A DNA stretch of 64,000 bases, from positions 4,333 through 68,332 of the IMG/VR virus record IMGVR_UViG_3300010375_000019; one strand, 5' to 3'. Every line of letters begins with the position of its first letter. The first letter of the stretch is position 1. This document shows positions 18,695 through 28,566 of the stretch, piece after piece. Source of the stretch: a virus. The notes under the pieces are model-generated. The model saw nothing but the letters and a program-made list of their open reading frames with translations. It was not told the origin of the DNA and made no database searches. The position numbers and the translations under genes were made by a program.

Positions 18695-20992
18695 TTATGC
18701 GGTTTTTGACCAAATCTTAGACCTGTTTCCGCTCTGGTCGAATTGCGGAAACACTTCGTTTATATCGAACGAATCCTCTTTCTGTTCCACCCTGACATTT
18801 GCCTGGGACGCTAGTATCGTGAAGCCTGCCGCGGTCACTGCATCGAACTTGGTGCGGTCCTTCGCCTGATAGCCGATCATCTGCTTTATCAAGGCTGGGA
18901 ACGGTATCCTGTGTCCGTTGTGCTCCACGAAACTAACCAATTGCTGTAAGTAGGCGTTGACCGTCTCGTCCGCGTTGTAGAGCCCTTTGTAGGAGTCGTC
19001 ACGCGATGTCTGTTTGATGATCGTTTCATCGAAATCGCCCTTGTAAAGGAAGAACTGACCGTAATTCCTGCTGTTGAGGTACTGGTTCAAAGTCTGCACG
19101 TTGTCCTCTGCGCAAATGCTGCATCCGAAGTATCGCATCGCCTTAATCATGTCCTCTCCGAAGACACTGAAATCGTTAGGGCGATAGAGGTATTCCCCAC
19201 AGAAATTGTTCGTCTTCCAGTTTTTCTTCTGCACGTTGAGATCTATAGCCGGGTTGTACATCTCCCACACGTATGCCCCCGCCTTGGAGAACCTGGGGTC
19301 ATCGGTGCGTGTCAGGCGTATCGGGTCAGCGCCCATTCGGAAATATTTGTTGTTGAGCGGGTACCACAGTTTCTTGCTGTCGTAAAATTCATGCGACACG
19401 CGATTGCTCTCGCGCTTGTCGCCCTCCACTTTCATCACTCCTTCCTTGTCAAGTAGTTTGGTGAGTGCCCAGCGCCCCGCAAGGTCATCCCTTACAAACT
19501 CCACAAGACCGTCCTCATGGTCCACCCATTCGAAATTGCCTTTGATAAATGGATAACTCTGCGATCCTTCCAGAAAATCCAACCGTTTTTGAAGGATCAT
19601 CACATTGAAAGGGCTCGCCTGGGAGGTCATCATCTTGGCCTCGTCCCATGAAAGGGGGTATTTTCTTATCTGTTGGGCGAGAAGCTGGTAGTTATGTCTA
19701 AAAGGCTCCCTGTCCTGCAAAATACGTGTCTTTGCTCCTATGAAAACACGCTGTCCGTCCTCACCTATCACCACTTCATCGGGCTTTGGATCATCCACCA
19801 CTGAGCGTCCATATTCATCGAACACGTAACCTTCAGCTGCGGAAATGAACAACGAAAGCAGATTGGAGGTGGTCTTGCCATTGGCGTTCTTTTTCATCAA
19901 CGATGGTCTTCCGTGCTCGAACATCTCGATGAAGTTCTCACCACCACGCTCGAGTTCCTCTATTGTCGTAGGCGCGAAAATGAAGCCTATTTTCTGGTAG
20001 TTGTCACGTGTGGATGGGATCAGAATGCGCAATGTCTCATAAACATCAGCCTCCACCCATTTACCTGGTTCCTCCATGGAATAGTCATGGAGCTTGTACC
20101 CATCATAACTGGTGGGTTTGGTCTCCCTGAAATCTATCTTGCAGTTGAGCGTGTCGTCATCTTCCTGATCCTCCTCGATCTGGGACTTTCCTTTGGCGAC
20201 AGGTTTTTTGAAGAGCATCTCGTTCTTGTGGGTCGAATTATAGTCATGCACAGGCTTGAAGAAATCAGGTTGGTTCCTCCACCCCAAAATGAAACTTTCC
20301 TCGAACTTGTCGCTGGCATCGTTTCTGGTCTGCGCCTGCATTCCTGCCCTTCGGTTTTTCTTGAAACTCTGTTCATACCACAGATTGTGCATTGAAATGC
20401 TGGTTTTCCCCCTTCTGCGGTTTGTGCTTAATGAAACACCATGTACAAGGTCATGGTCTTTGGCGTATTGTATGGAATAAAATTCCTTCCGTAAAGTCAG
20501 TCTCAATTTGGGATAACCAAAATCCTGATACCACCAGTTGACGAAATCGTAAAACTGGCCCGTGATGTACACATATTCGGTCGGCTGGTTGTTGCGGTTG
20601 CCTATGGCCACCCACAAACCGTTGATCTTTCGCTTCCATTCCTGTGTTCGGAATTCATTGCATTTGGGGTGCACATAAGAAGGATCAATTTTTTGCTGGG
20701 TGGTTTCTTCCTTCCTCCATTTTTTCCACTCAGGCGGGATCGGTGTGCGGTGCCATTTCTGGTCCTCGATGGCCAAATGCTCGTTGAGTATCTCGCAGCG
20801 GACAAGTTCGTATGACGGCCTTCCTGTCTCAAGGTCTGGCACTCGATCTATGGTGAAACCCAACGGTGGAAGATGCACTTCAATGGTCTCATCGTCCCAT
20901 TGGATGGGGAACATGCTGCCTCCTGGTATGGGGTTGCAAATGGTGTGCATTATGATCCGTAATCGATTATGACCAGCCTTCCGTTGAGCCAT
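18695..20992 (-). CDS. terL: Terminase large subunit
   Basis: Walker A RRRGKT, YDGYKL, EEPGKW, nuclease GADP, FDAV; start may be ATG 20914. Confidence 0.92.
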   Translation of the reverse strand: MAQRKAGHNRLRIIMHTICNPIPGGSMFPIQWDDETIEVHLPPLGFTIDRVPDLETGRPSYELVRCEILNEHLAIEDQKWHRTPIPPEWKKWRKEETTQQKIDPSYVHPKCNEFRTQEWKRKINGLWVAIGNRNNQPTEYVYITGQFYDFVNWWYQDFGYPKLRLTLRKEFYSIQYAKDHDLVHGVSLSTNRRRGKTSISMHNLWYEQSFKKNRRAGMQAQTRNDASDKFEESFILGWRNQPDFFKPVHDYNSTHKNEMLFKKPVAKGKSQIEEDQEDDDTLNCKIDFRETKPTSYDGYKLHDYSMEEPGKWVEADVYETLRILIPSTRDNYQKIGFIFAPTTIEELERGGENFIEMFEHGRPSLMKKNANGKTTSNLLSLFISAAEGYVFDEYGRSVVDDPKPDEVVIGEDGQRVFIGAKTRILQDREPFRHNYQLLAQQIRKYPLSWDEAKMMTSQASPFNVMILQKRLDFLEGSQSYPFIKGNFEWVDHEDGLVEFVRDDLAGRWALTKLLDKEGVMKVEGDKRESNRVSHEFYDSKKLWYPLNNKYFRMGADPIRLTRTDDPRFSKAGAYVWEMYNPAIDLNVQKKNWKTNNFCGEYLYRPNDFSVFGEDMIKAMRYFGCSICAEDNVQTLNQYLNSRNYGQFFLYKGDFDETIIKQTSRDDSYKGLYNADETVNAYLQQLVSFVEHNGHRIPFPALIKQMIGYQAKDRTKFDAVTAAGFTILASQANVRVEQKEDSFDINEVFPQFDQSGNRSKIWSKTA

Positions 20993-21351
20993 CCAAAACT
21001 ATCAGCCTTCCATTCACATGGCATAGGAGGCATTCTGTCCTCTTCCACACCATCCAACCATACATAATACGCAATGGATTCCTTTAATTCTAAAAACTCC
21101 TTTTGTGTCAGCACTTTCACGCGAGGCATCACAACTATGAACCTTCCAAAGCATGTCCAGTAGATGGGGCATAGTTTTTTTGTCCATTGAAACGATCTTC
21201 CCCACTGTACTTCCTGATCGTTGCCCAAAAGCCCTTTCAGGAACAATAGCCATGAATAAAAACTGGGGAATTTGATGGCATAACTGCCGATCAAAAGCAC
21301 CCATCTGGTAGTTCCTGTTTTTATCAATTGCATTTTCGTTCGTAAAAGCAC
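20950..21351 (-). CDS. Minimal protein-kinase-like fold protein
   Basis: GTTRWV...AIKFP, N..E, K..SFG...GRLVIIDYG. Confidence 0.55.
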   Translation of the reverse strand: MLLRTKMQLIKTGTTRWVLLIGSYAIKFPSFYSWLLFLKGLLGNDQEVQWGRSFQWTKKLCPIYWTCFGRFIVVMPRVKVLTQKEFLELKESIAYYVWLDGVEEDRMPPMPCEWKADSFGWLNGRLVIIDYGS

Positions 21352-21530
21352 TTACCGCAAGTGCATGAAAGTTTTGTTGTCCAGAACCAAATCTCAACTC
21401 CTTTTATTTGATAACTTTTGTATTCATGCACTTCTTGATGAAACGAAAGTTTCCCAGTGTAAAAAAAACTGAACAAGTGTTTCAGTAAGTGTGATTGCAA
21501 CAATATCCAAGCGAATATCTTTCTCATCAA
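21324..21530 (-). CDS. Small protein with CxCxxC motif
   Basis: Coupled ORF. Confidence 0.45.
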   Translation of the reverse strand: MMRKIFAWILLQSHLLKHLFSFFYTGKLSFHQEVHEYKSYQIKGVEIWFWTTKLSCTCGKCFYERKCN

Positions 21531-22153
21531 CTGGCTTTTTTCACGCCTGCGAAGTTTTCAGGACTTAAAAATCTTGACTTTATCGCAATCTCTTTTACGT
21601 CATCGTTGTCACCGAAAATCTCTTTCTCTATGGCATCGATGAGTTTGTGTATGCTGCTGGCCTGATCGCGCAAAGTGCCCTTCTTTTTGGCGGCCTCGAA
21701 CATGTCCACTTCATCGACCTCACTGTCCTTGTCCTTTTTGTTGCTCTTGGTGGTGATAGGTTCCAATCTCAGGCGGTTGTTCTCCTCTAGTTCCTGTTGC
21801 AATACCTGCCACTCGGTGTATTTCCTGTTGTGGTAGACCTGCGTCAAAAAGCATTGCAGGAAATCCAGTGCCGTCTTGTCCCTGAGTTCGAAGATGTCCT
21901 TTAGGTATGCGCTTTCGTGCTGGAAACCTGCAAGTTCGGCTGCACGTATTTTCCTTCTGGCAAGTTCCGTTATCTCTTTCAGCAGGTCGCTTTGCGGATC
22001 GTACATGAATATCATGTACCGCAGCAATAAATTCTTGAATGGAGCCTTTGAGTTGACCAGCACTTTATGTCTTTGCAATTCGGGATACTCTTCCAGCACA
22101 TCCTTTTCAGGCGGCATGTCGAATATCCTGAACTTTAGTTTCTGGAAATTCAT
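21527..22153 (-). CDS. Candidate terminase small subunit
   Basis: Helical protein shortly upstream of TerL; start reassigned to ATG 22153; positional inference. Confidence 0.4.
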   Translation of the reverse strand: MNFQKLKFRIFDMPPEKDVLEEYPELQRHKVLVNSKAPFKNLLLRYMIFMYDPQSDLLKEITELARRKIRAAELAGFQHESAYLKDIFELRDKTALDFLQCFLTQVYHNRKYTEWQVLQQELEENNRLRLEPITTKSNKKDKDSEVDEVDMFEAAKKKGTLRDQASSIHKLIDAIEKEIFGDNDDVKEIAIKSRFLSPENFAGVKKAS

Positions 22154-22404
22154 TGGATTGCGATGATGTGGTGCGGTTTTATGATGAGCATTTTTTTGCC
22201 TTCGAACTCGATCATGTTGTCCTGCCACGTGTTGAACAGTATTTCTTCACCTTCTGAAACTATCGCATCTGGACCGCACTTAACGGTAATGCCTTTCATT
22301 GTTTCCTTATGTCTGCGCCTGAACATTGGCGGAACGAACACCTGTCCATCTTTTTCCGTCAGCGGTTCAACAAAAATATTGTCGTAGGTTGGTTTTATTC
22401 CCAT
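22150..22404 (-). CDS. groES: GroES-like co-chaperonin
   Basis: IKPTYDNIFVEP...G.TV.CG.....V..GE.ILF.......IEFEGKKMLIIK...IIA. Confidence 0.75.
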   Translation of the reverse strand: MGIKPTYDNIFVEPLTEKDGQVFVPPMFRRRHKETMKGITVKCGPDAIVSEGEEILFNTWQDNMIEFEGKKMLIIKPHHIIAIQ

Positions 22405-22477
22405 TTTGAAAAAGTCATTCCAAAAATAGACAAATTCCATAAAATAGACATACATTTGGTTAGTAAATCCAAAAACC

Positions 22478-23089
22478 ATGGCTTACGGAAACTATTCCCA
22501 AGGTGTCTTCAAGAGAAAGGACACGTCCATCAACAGATTGGCTTCAGCTGTCAAGAGTGCCACTGGTGGTAATACGATCAAACTGCCAAACGGAAAAAAA
22601 GCCGTTAAATATCCACCTGTGCAAGGAAACATGAACAGGGTCACCGACCAACCACGCATCAAAGTGCAGGATTTTGACACAGGCCGAAAGACCAATAAAC
22701 TACAGACAACTCCTACTTCAACGGACTCAGGCGCTATCGTAACAAAGCAGAAGGACAACACCGTACCTGCAAAGACAGCCGTGAAGTTCACACCAAAAGT
22801 TAACGCACCTGCAAAAGCGGTACAGACCACCAGAGGCACATCTAAATCACCAAACGATATGAATTACGCAACAGAGACAGGAAAGAAAGTTGACGGGACA
22901 GGCAAACCACAGAACCATGTAGGCATCGGTGGTCCAGCCGGAAGCAAAAAAGTGGCATTTGCCACCATGAAGAAAGGAAAGACGATGCCATCAAAAAAAC
23001 CAAAGGTGACAGGTGTCACTGAGGTCGCCCAAAAGAACAACAATGTTGCGGGGGCAAATTCATACGGCTATCGCAAATTGAAAAAATAA
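22478..23089 (+). CDS. Lys/Thr-rich basic protein (possibly virion-internal)
   Basis: 203 aa low-complexity basic ORF, opposite to flanking genes, with TACATTTG upstream. Confidence 0.6.
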   Translation: MAYGNYSQGVFKRKDTSINRLASAVKSATGGNTIKLPNGKKAVKYPPVQGNMNRVTDQPRIKVQDFDTGRKTNKLQTTPTSTDSGAIVTKQKDNTVPAKTAVKFTPKVNAPAKAVQTTRGTSKSPNDMNYATETGKKVDGTGKPQNHVGIGGPAGSKKVAFATMKKGKTMPSKKPKVTGVTEVAQKNNNVAGANSYGYRKLKK

Positions 23090-23622
23090 TGGCAAAGAAG
23101 GTCAAACCGTCAGCGCCTGCCGATTTGGGTGCATCGGACATTAATTCCAATCTCAGGAACGCCAAGGATGTCGTCAATGCAACACATACCGTCCGTACCA
23201 AGACCCATCCGCACGCGGAGCACATTGAAAAGAACAGGGGGTTCATGCACAAGGCCAACTCAGGCGACTACAAGGCATACACGGATACCTTGGATACCCG
23301 TATAAGAAAGAAGATCGAGGGCAAGTACAACGGCAACATCAATGCCCCTGTGGCTGGACGAGGTGGAGTTTTTTCAGGTTACCACGGTAATGAACTCATC
23401 AAGCATTTCAATGGTGCTGACATGGACAAAAAGCACGAAGACCCAAATTACAACAAGACCGTATACTACGGAAAAATGAACCATCCGGACAAAGGTTATT
23501 TTGAGGGCGTGTACAAAACCGAGGAACATTTTCCGCACAAGGAGGAGGCCGAAAAACCAGTGCCAAAGAAAGCGCCAGAGACAAAAAAGCTGTACCAGCC
23601 TACGGGCAATATGGCCTATTAA
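23089..23622 (+). CDS. Hypothetical His/Lys-rich protein
   Basis: TAATG overlap with the previous gene. Confidence 0.6.
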   Translation: MAKKVKPSAPADLGASDINSNLRNAKDVVNATHTVRTKTHPHAEHIEKNRGFMHKANSGDYKAYTDTLDTRIRKKIEGKYNGNINAPVAGRGGVFSGYHGNELIKHFNGADMDKKHEDPNYNKTVYYGKMNHPDKGYFEGVYKTEEHFPHKEEAEKPVPKKAPETKKLYQPTGNMAY

Positions 23623-23894
23623 TCATATTCAACAATATCATCACATTCAATAAATTGCGGTGGATTTCCTCTTTGGCCATCGTAAACAAGTACGCCTGTT
23701 TCTGCATAAAGTTCTAGTGCTTTTTTGGCATTCCATCCGTCAGACGAACTAGATATACTTCTTATATCCACAATAAGTTTTGATTTTGATGGATTCTTCA
23801 CTTTCACTTGGGACAAGTTTGACCCAAACATTTTCATAGGGACACTGGATGCGACCAGTAATCCTACGGACTTGAAAAAATCACCTCTTGTCAT
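23619..23894 (-). CDS. Hypothetical protein with Tat-like N-terminus
   Basis: MTRGDFFKSVGLLVASSV. Confidence 0.45.
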   Translation of the reverse strand: MTRGDFFKSVGLLVASSVPMKMFGSNLSQVKVKNPSKSKLIVDIRSISSSSDGWNAKKALELYAETGVLVYDGQRGNPPQFIECDDIVEYD

Positions 23895-23898
23895 AAAT

Positions 23899-24729
23899 TT
23901 ATTGGATTTGTTCCTCTAAAACCTTGCAAACTATCTGATCCTGCCTTAGCACGAAATAACTTTTGTTTTCGATGCGTATCAAACTTTTCATGTTCGGTTT
24001 GAAAAGTATTTTGTCGCCTTTCGAAAGATAGCATTTTTCTCCTTTCAAAGGACTTCCAATTTCTGCCACTATTCCTTGCTTATCCTTTTTCGAAGGAGCT
24101 GTCTTTATCTGCAACCATTGTTCCTTTGGGCGCGGGATTAAATTCCCCTGCTTGTCCTTGATGTCGTAATAGGTAGGCCTTAAAATGCTGTCCCATGACT
24201 CCATCACCGGGTCGATGAGCACGTGGCTGCCGACCATGATTATTTTACTGTCACGTATTGCACAATAGATGTTATCGTAGGACACACGGAATATCCAAGT
24301 CGGTGGATCTATGCTCTGTGCCACCAGGTTCTTGTGGTTGAAGGTGACACGCCACTTGAAATATATGCGGTCGCCCAATTGAACCTCTTGTTCTATGTCA
24401 GACATCATCTTGTAGTTGTAGATGCCACCGATGGGTGAATAAAGTTCAGGGATGTTTTCGTCCATGTCCTCGTTGAACATTTCCCTTGCCATTCCGTACG
24501 CTGGATAACCAACTGGCAGCTGTGAAATAGGTGCATTGCCCATGAAGAACGGTAATTGGATTACTTCCCCATCGATACGTGCGCGTTTTTCCTTTTGGAA
24601 TGTGGCATCAATGGTTATCTCCTGTCCATTGACTCCTTTTTTGCCTGAGTTGGTGTCGAACAGGTTGCCCTTGATTTTGATGAGCACGTATCCGGAACCG
24701 CCTTTTTTGTAGTTGAGGAAGTTCATCAA
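23899..24729 (-). CDS. Tandem GroES-like domain protein
   Basis: Two repeats of VLI...G.V....V..GD.I.F....Y/F.V....I. Confidence 0.6.
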   Translation of the reverse strand: MMNFLNYKKGGSGYVLIKIKGNLFDTNSGKKGVNGQEITIDATFQKEKRARIDGEVIQLPFFMGNAPISQLPVGYPAYGMAREMFNEDMDENIPELYSPIGGIYNYKMMSDIEQEVQLGDRIYFKWRVTFNHKNLVAQSIDPPTWIFRVSYDNIYCAIRDSKIIMVGSHVLIDPVMESWDSILRPTYYDIKDKQGNLIPRPKEQWLQIKTAPSKKDKQGIVAEIGSPLKGEKCYLSKGDKILFKPNMKSLIRIENKSYFVLRQDQIVCKVLEEQIQ

Positions 24730-25082
24730 AATGGGGTGTCATCGTTTGATGTACTCTCAGGCGCGTTGCTAACAGCCGACTCTTGGTTCCCAGGTTGCCA
24801 TTTCCTTTTCTGCTGCGAGTCCCATTCCAGTTTATGGGTTCTAATTTCTGTGTACCACCTACCGTTGTATTCTCGGCTTTCGATGTTGATGTGCGCGGTC
24901 AATTCCAATCCTATTTCCAGATCGTATTTGTTGATCGCTTCTTCGCCCCACAATGAAATGCAGATTTTGCGTGGGTATTGGTCTTTTGTCTCGATAATAA
25001 ATTCTTGCTTGCTCCATTGGCCTTTTTTGCCTTGGCCTGTTACTATGGGAAGCAATTGGATTACTTTTCCGCTTACGTTCAT
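24726..25082 (-). CDS. DUF3127 family ssDNA-binding-like protein
   Basis: W.KQEFIIET.DQYPRKIC..LWG, INIESREYNGRWYT, acidic DDTPF tail. Confidence 0.88.
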   Translation of the reverse strand: MNVSGKVIQLLPIVTGQGKKGQWSKQEFIIETKDQYPRKICISLWGEEAINKYDLEIGLELTAHINIESREYNGRWYTEIRTHKLEWDSQQKRKWQPGNQESAVSNAPESTSNDDTPF

Positions 25083-25336
25083 CAGTTTTGTGGTTTGGCC
25101 ATTTCGTTGAGTGCAGCCGCCATAGTGGATTCGGAACGGCCGTTGAAGATGATGACCTCGTAGTCATCGTAATATTCCGGACTGAGTTTCAGTTTCAGGT
25201 CTTTCATCTTGAACTTGATCGGCTCATTGTTGGCAAGCCTTCTCATGTTCTCGTCTGAGAGTCCCAAAAGTATTAGGTTGCCCCTGCGTGCTTTTATCAT
25301 AAGAGCGTTCGGTTTTTCAATTAATGGGGATGCCAA
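25082..25336 (-). CDS. Hypothetical protein
   Basis: LGLSDENMRRL...EPI motif; coupled ORF. Confidence 0.5.
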   Translation of the reverse strand: MASPLIEKPNALMIKARRGNLILLGLSDENMRRLANNEPIKFKMKDLKLKLSPEYYDDYEVIIFNGRSESTMAAALNEMAKPQN

Positions 25337-25512
25337 TCTTTCAGGTCATCCCCATCTGGTCAATTTTACCTCTCGCTCTTTAGGCGTATGGAGGTTATCA
25401 TCTTGGGGCTGCTTGGTGCAATTTATCCATCTAATGTTCTGGTGCAAAATGTGCAAAAACACCTGAACTGGAATTACCAACCTTTATAGCGCAGCCCCTT
25501 TCTTCGGGTTTG

Positions 25513-25855
25513 TGGAGCCGATGGGAATCGAACCCATGTCCAGCTAGCAAAGCGATAAACAATTTGTACAGGTTTTTGAGGCTGACTTTTTAGGCCAGTT
25601 CCACCATCAGGATTTTAAAGTTCCTGAAAACTTATAGTTGGCCTTCCAAAGCGAACATTTTAAAGTCTATACGCTTATTGACTTTGTCGATTAGGCCGCC
25701 TTGCGGAGACCCACGAAAATACCCTCTCCTTGAGAGAACATCTTCACAACTTTTGAGTTGTCGATTGTTGTTGCATGTGTATTTTAAGGTTCTCACCATG
25801 CTTTGAACCACCTGATCGTTTACTATTACGCTCCTTGTCAATACCGAGCGGCCCC
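25513..25855 (-). ncRNA. ssrA: Transfer-messenger RNA (tmRNA)
   Basis: 5' GGGGCCG / 3' CGGCTCC-A acceptor with G3-U70; T-arm ATGGG-TTCGATT-CCCAT; internal reading frame ending RKAA-TAA at 25691-25762. Confidence 0.92.
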
Positions 25856-26111
25856 ATGTCAAACAACGTTTTTGCCTCTTAGGCGATCCGCTAGCACCAT
25901 TGATTTTGTCCGTTCTAGCTCCGGTTTTTTTGCCCAATTCGGTGGGCTCCTATCCTTCGGCTTAAAGGCCAATCATCGCCAGTGGTAAGAACAAGTTCTA
26001 TTTCATCGGTGGCTATCTTCGGCAAATGGATAGCCACTTCCATCCGCCTAAGTCCGACTGTGCTTTGGCAACACGTGCCCTGCACCACTGACATTTCTAT
26101 TCGGTTATCTT

Positions 26112-26366
26112 TCAAGCCACCTCCAACACATAGGAGGACGGCAGTTCGTGTTCGTGTTCTACGTTCTCCTTGGTGTGGACCAACAAGTGCATCCTTCCCC
26201 TCACCAAGTGCTTGTAGTCTTCGTTTTCGTGCAAAATGACATCACTATCGCGTACCAAAAGTTCGCTGATCTCCACAAGGTTGTGGCCTAAACAAATTGG
26301 GCAGTGGTAGTTCACTTCGCTTGTCATATTCCAAACCAAAATTGGGGAAAATATTTTTTCTTTCAA
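26112..26366 (-). CDS. Hypothetical protein with CxxC
   Basis: ORF in the operon. Confidence 0.45.
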   Translation of the reverse strand: MKEKIFSPILVWNMTSEVNYHCPICLGHNLVEISELLVRDSDVILHENEDYKHLVRGRMHLLVHTKENVEHEHELPSSYVLEVA

Positions 26367-26382
26367 ACTGTTTTGATGGAAA

Positions 26383-26616
26383 TTAATTTTCCTTCCGTTT
26401 TGTATTGTTTTTAGGCGGTGCGTTCCTGATCCTTTTCTCCAAGGCCTCGAGTTTGTGCCTCATGTCGCGAAGGGCTTCAACTGCTCCTTTGCCGTTGTTC
26501 TTATTGAGCATCGCCTGAACCTCCAATATGCGCTCCTTGGTTATTATCTTCCGCAGGCTCACCTGTGGTTTCATGTCGTTGAAGCCGAAGAGTTCGCGCT
26601 GGCTCATGCCTTCCAT
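26383..26616 (-). CDS. Hypothetical protein
   Basis: ORF in the operon. Confidence 0.5.
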   Translation of the reverse strand: MEGMSQRELFGFNDMKPQVSLRKIITKERILEVQAMLNKNNGKGAVEALRDMRHKLEALEKRIRNAPPKNNTKRKEN

Positions 26617-27206
26617 TTATTGAACACCTTATGGCACATGGTACAGATGGCATTTACGAAGGCGGCACTGTCGAACCGTTTGTCCTCCTCTTTGAAGGGA
26701 CGTGAGCAATGGAGGCAACTGTCGAATTTGAATTTCGCTGTTTGCTGCACTTCTTTCTTTGGGCGCGATGGGTACCAGGTCATTGTTTGAATATTTCTGT
26801 TTGGTTCTTGTTTAAGACTATTGGCTGCAAGTCCCTCCGAAAGATCAATGTCAAATCCTGTGATAGTTTCGCCTTTGCCGAACTTTTCAAATACTGTCTC
26901 CCACGCTTCGGTGCATGTCCATTCCTTTGACAGTTGCAAAAGACGGATCAATCCCAGTGCGTAATAATCAGGTACCGAGTACATGTTCCAGTGCATGTTG
27001 CCCGTCCACATGGACCTGCCTGAATACTTCACTGTTCCGTTGTCTAATTGTATCAGGCGGTCGTTGGTCTTGACTGTCCGAGGCATCAAGTCTATGGTTT
27101 CAAAAGTGGCCACTAGTTCACCGTGCGCCTCAATTTTAATCATCATCACTTGGTCGGTGATGTCACCATTGGAATCGTTCTGGCAAAGACTTACGTGGAG
27201 GTTCAT
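26604..27206 (-). CDS. Hypothetical protein with C-terminal Zn ribbon
   Basis: CLHC...CTMC. Confidence 0.55.
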   Translation of the reverse strand: MNLHVSLCQNDSNGDITDQVMMIKIEAHGELVATFETIDLMPRTVKTNDRLIQLDNGTVKYSGRSMWTGNMHWNMYSVPDYYALGLIRLLQLSKEWTCTEAWETVFEKFGKGETITGFDIDLSEGLAANSLKQEPNRNIQTMTWYPSRPKKEVQQTAKFKFDSCLHCSRPFKEEDKRFDSAAFVNAICTMCHKVFNKWKA

Positions 27207-27354
27207 GTTTAATCGATTTGTTCTTCAGGTAACACTACTATTTCACAACACGATTTCACTTCTTCATAGGTAAGACCAGTGACATCCATTACTATGTCAA
27301 TAGGTGTCAATCCTTCTGGTTCATCTCCAATGAATCCTACAACAAATTCGTCCA

Positions 27355-27936
27355 TCAGATGCACACATTCAGTTTAGCCATCTCATCGTGCAGCGATCCG
27401 TAATCGGTCTCAAGGTAGCAGTCGCTGGATATGTCCTTCATGAAATCAGGTCTTGGTGTATTGTCGAGTATGAGCACTGAGCATATTTTTATACCGTTGT
27501 TCTTGATGCTTTTGGCGATCATCAAACAAAGCATGTCATGGTCAACGGCCCCGTCAGACACAACGATCATCATTCTTTTGGCGTTGCGCCTGATGTTGCT
27601 TGAGAACTGGTCAAGTGCCGTGTTGAAAGCCTCCTCCATGTATGTGTTGCCTGCCGTCCTTTGCGTTGCGATGCTATCGGAGCACCTGATTAGTTTTTTC
27701 TTGTCGGATGTGAGTGCACAGTTAGTCCTTGCACCGCTGTTGAACGTAACGATGCCCATCCTAATGCCGTCATCGGATAGTTCGTATTTGTTTATGAACT
27801 CGGAGAACGCTTGGGCCATCTGTTTCTGGTTTCCGTCCACCGATGGGGACATGTCGCCTATGAGTAATAAGTCTACTTTTAGACATTGGGGCGTTGAGTT
27901 CATCAAGAAGATCAAAGCCAGTGCTATGGTTTTCAT
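27355..27936 (-). CDS. von Willebrand factor A domain protein with signal-like N-terminus
   Basis: MIDAS DMSPSV, GIVTFNS, GNTYM, VVSDG. Confidence 0.85.
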   Translation of the reverse strand: MKTIALALIFLMNSTPQCLKVDLLLIGDMSPSVDGNQKQMAQAFSEFINKYELSDDGIRMGIVTFNSGARTNCALTSDKKKLIRCSDSIATQRTAGNTYMEEAFNTALDQFSSNIRRNAKRMMIVVSDGAVDHDMLCLMIAKSIKNNGIKICSVLILDNTPRPDFMKDISSDCYLETDYGSLHDEMAKLNVCI

Positions 27937-28116
27937 TTTTGTTTGGTTTTATAGTCTGTCCAATAGGAAATTATCAAATCATGTATCTGTCTGTCTTTTT
28001 TAAGTTCACGTTGGGCTTCGCCTGAATTTATCATTTTGAGAAAGCCCTGAAAATCATTTGACTCAAACTGTTCCTTTGTCGTTGTGAATTTGATGGTAAC
28101 TATTGTCTTTATCATA

Positions 28117-28566
28117 TTATAAAGGTTTCACAAACCATTTTATGAAGAATGGAATCCTGCGCCAAATCTCTTCTATATTTTGTTTCAATTCACTGGATAA
28201 CTTTTCCAATTCAATTGTTTTTTTGTTTGCTTCATCAGTGGCATCTTTCATTATTTTCAAGAATTTTCTACTGTCATCTCTAGCCATCGCCAAAATATCC
28301 TTTATGTCACCGGACAATAAATCGTTTTGTTCAGGCGTATAGAATTTTGCATTCAATTCCGATGAATAACGTTCTCTGTAAAAATGGCCGTCCCCCAAAG
28401 TACTTTGGTGGTTTACCATAAAAAGTATCTTGTGCTTCAATGTGATAGTTCTTGAATCAACCAATCGTTCTAGTTCAGCATTCCTACCGACAAGTTTATC
28501 ATAGGCATCCTTGGTCATGGTGATTAACCTTTCGCTGTCGGACAACATTACTTTTTCCATATTCAA
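28117..28566 (-). CDS. Hypothetical coiled-coil protein
   Basis: ORF in the operon. Confidence 0.5.
   Translation of the reverse strand: MNMEKVMLSDSERLITMTKDAYDKLVGRNAELERLVDSRTITLKHKILFMVNHQSTLGDGHFYRERYSSELNAKFYTPEQNDLLSGDIKDILAMARDDSRKFLKIMKDATDEANKKTIELEKLSSELKQNIEEIWRRIPFFIKWFVKPL

Noticed and set aside
25632-25937. 101-aa minus-strand ORF
   Set aside because: Overlaps the tmRNA; spurious
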